A stretch of 64,000 nt of DNA. Source: Octopus bimaculoides. Taxonomy: Eukaryota. Position numbers and translations under genes: made by a program. The notes below the pieces were generated by a model. It saw only the letters and a list, made by a program, of their open reading frames with translations. It made no database searches and was not told where the DNA came from. Below, piece by piece: positions 63,959 through 64,000 of this stretch (within the stretch, counting starts at the first letter, position 1; each line of letters opens with the position of its first letter). The stretch covers positions 118,347,656-118,411,655 of the forward strand of contig NC_068985.1 in NCBI RefSeq assembly GCF_001194135.2, given 5' to 3'.

Positions 63959-64000
<42 letters not shown>

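Overview
AT-rich, microsatellite-dense animal genomic DNA with about a dozen N gaps. The repeat repertoire and TTAGGG repeats suggest a mollusc, most likely an octopus (inference). Two spliced protein-coding genes can be rebuilt by hand. (1) The last six coding exons of PICK1 (BAR domain plus acidic tail), + strand, 1153-7248; the PDZ exons lie upstream of the window. (2) A complete four-exon, 315-aa secreted protein: signal peptide, reduced TSP1 repeat, then a vWA domain with intact MIDAS, + strand, 44332-53971. Pol III genes missed by the ORF track are a 7SL/SRP RNA (-, 13051 to the gap at 13312), an intact tRNA-Gly(GCC) (-, 24579-24649) and a decayed tRNA-Gly copy. The rest is mobile DNA: tRNA-derived SINEs; RTE, CR1-like, R4/Dong, CRE, Tx1 and Penelope retroelement remnants; Tc1 and mariner pieces; a 2-kb Helitron with both ends; a decayed Gypsy; and several GG-terminated MITE families, three of which carry telomeric TTAGGG repeats. 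The most striking structure is a Penelope insertion (15-bp TSD) whose terminal repeats combine a tRNA-derived Pol III promoter, an (AAT)n spacer and a minimal hammerhead ribozyme motif. All alignments were done by eye; no database search was run.
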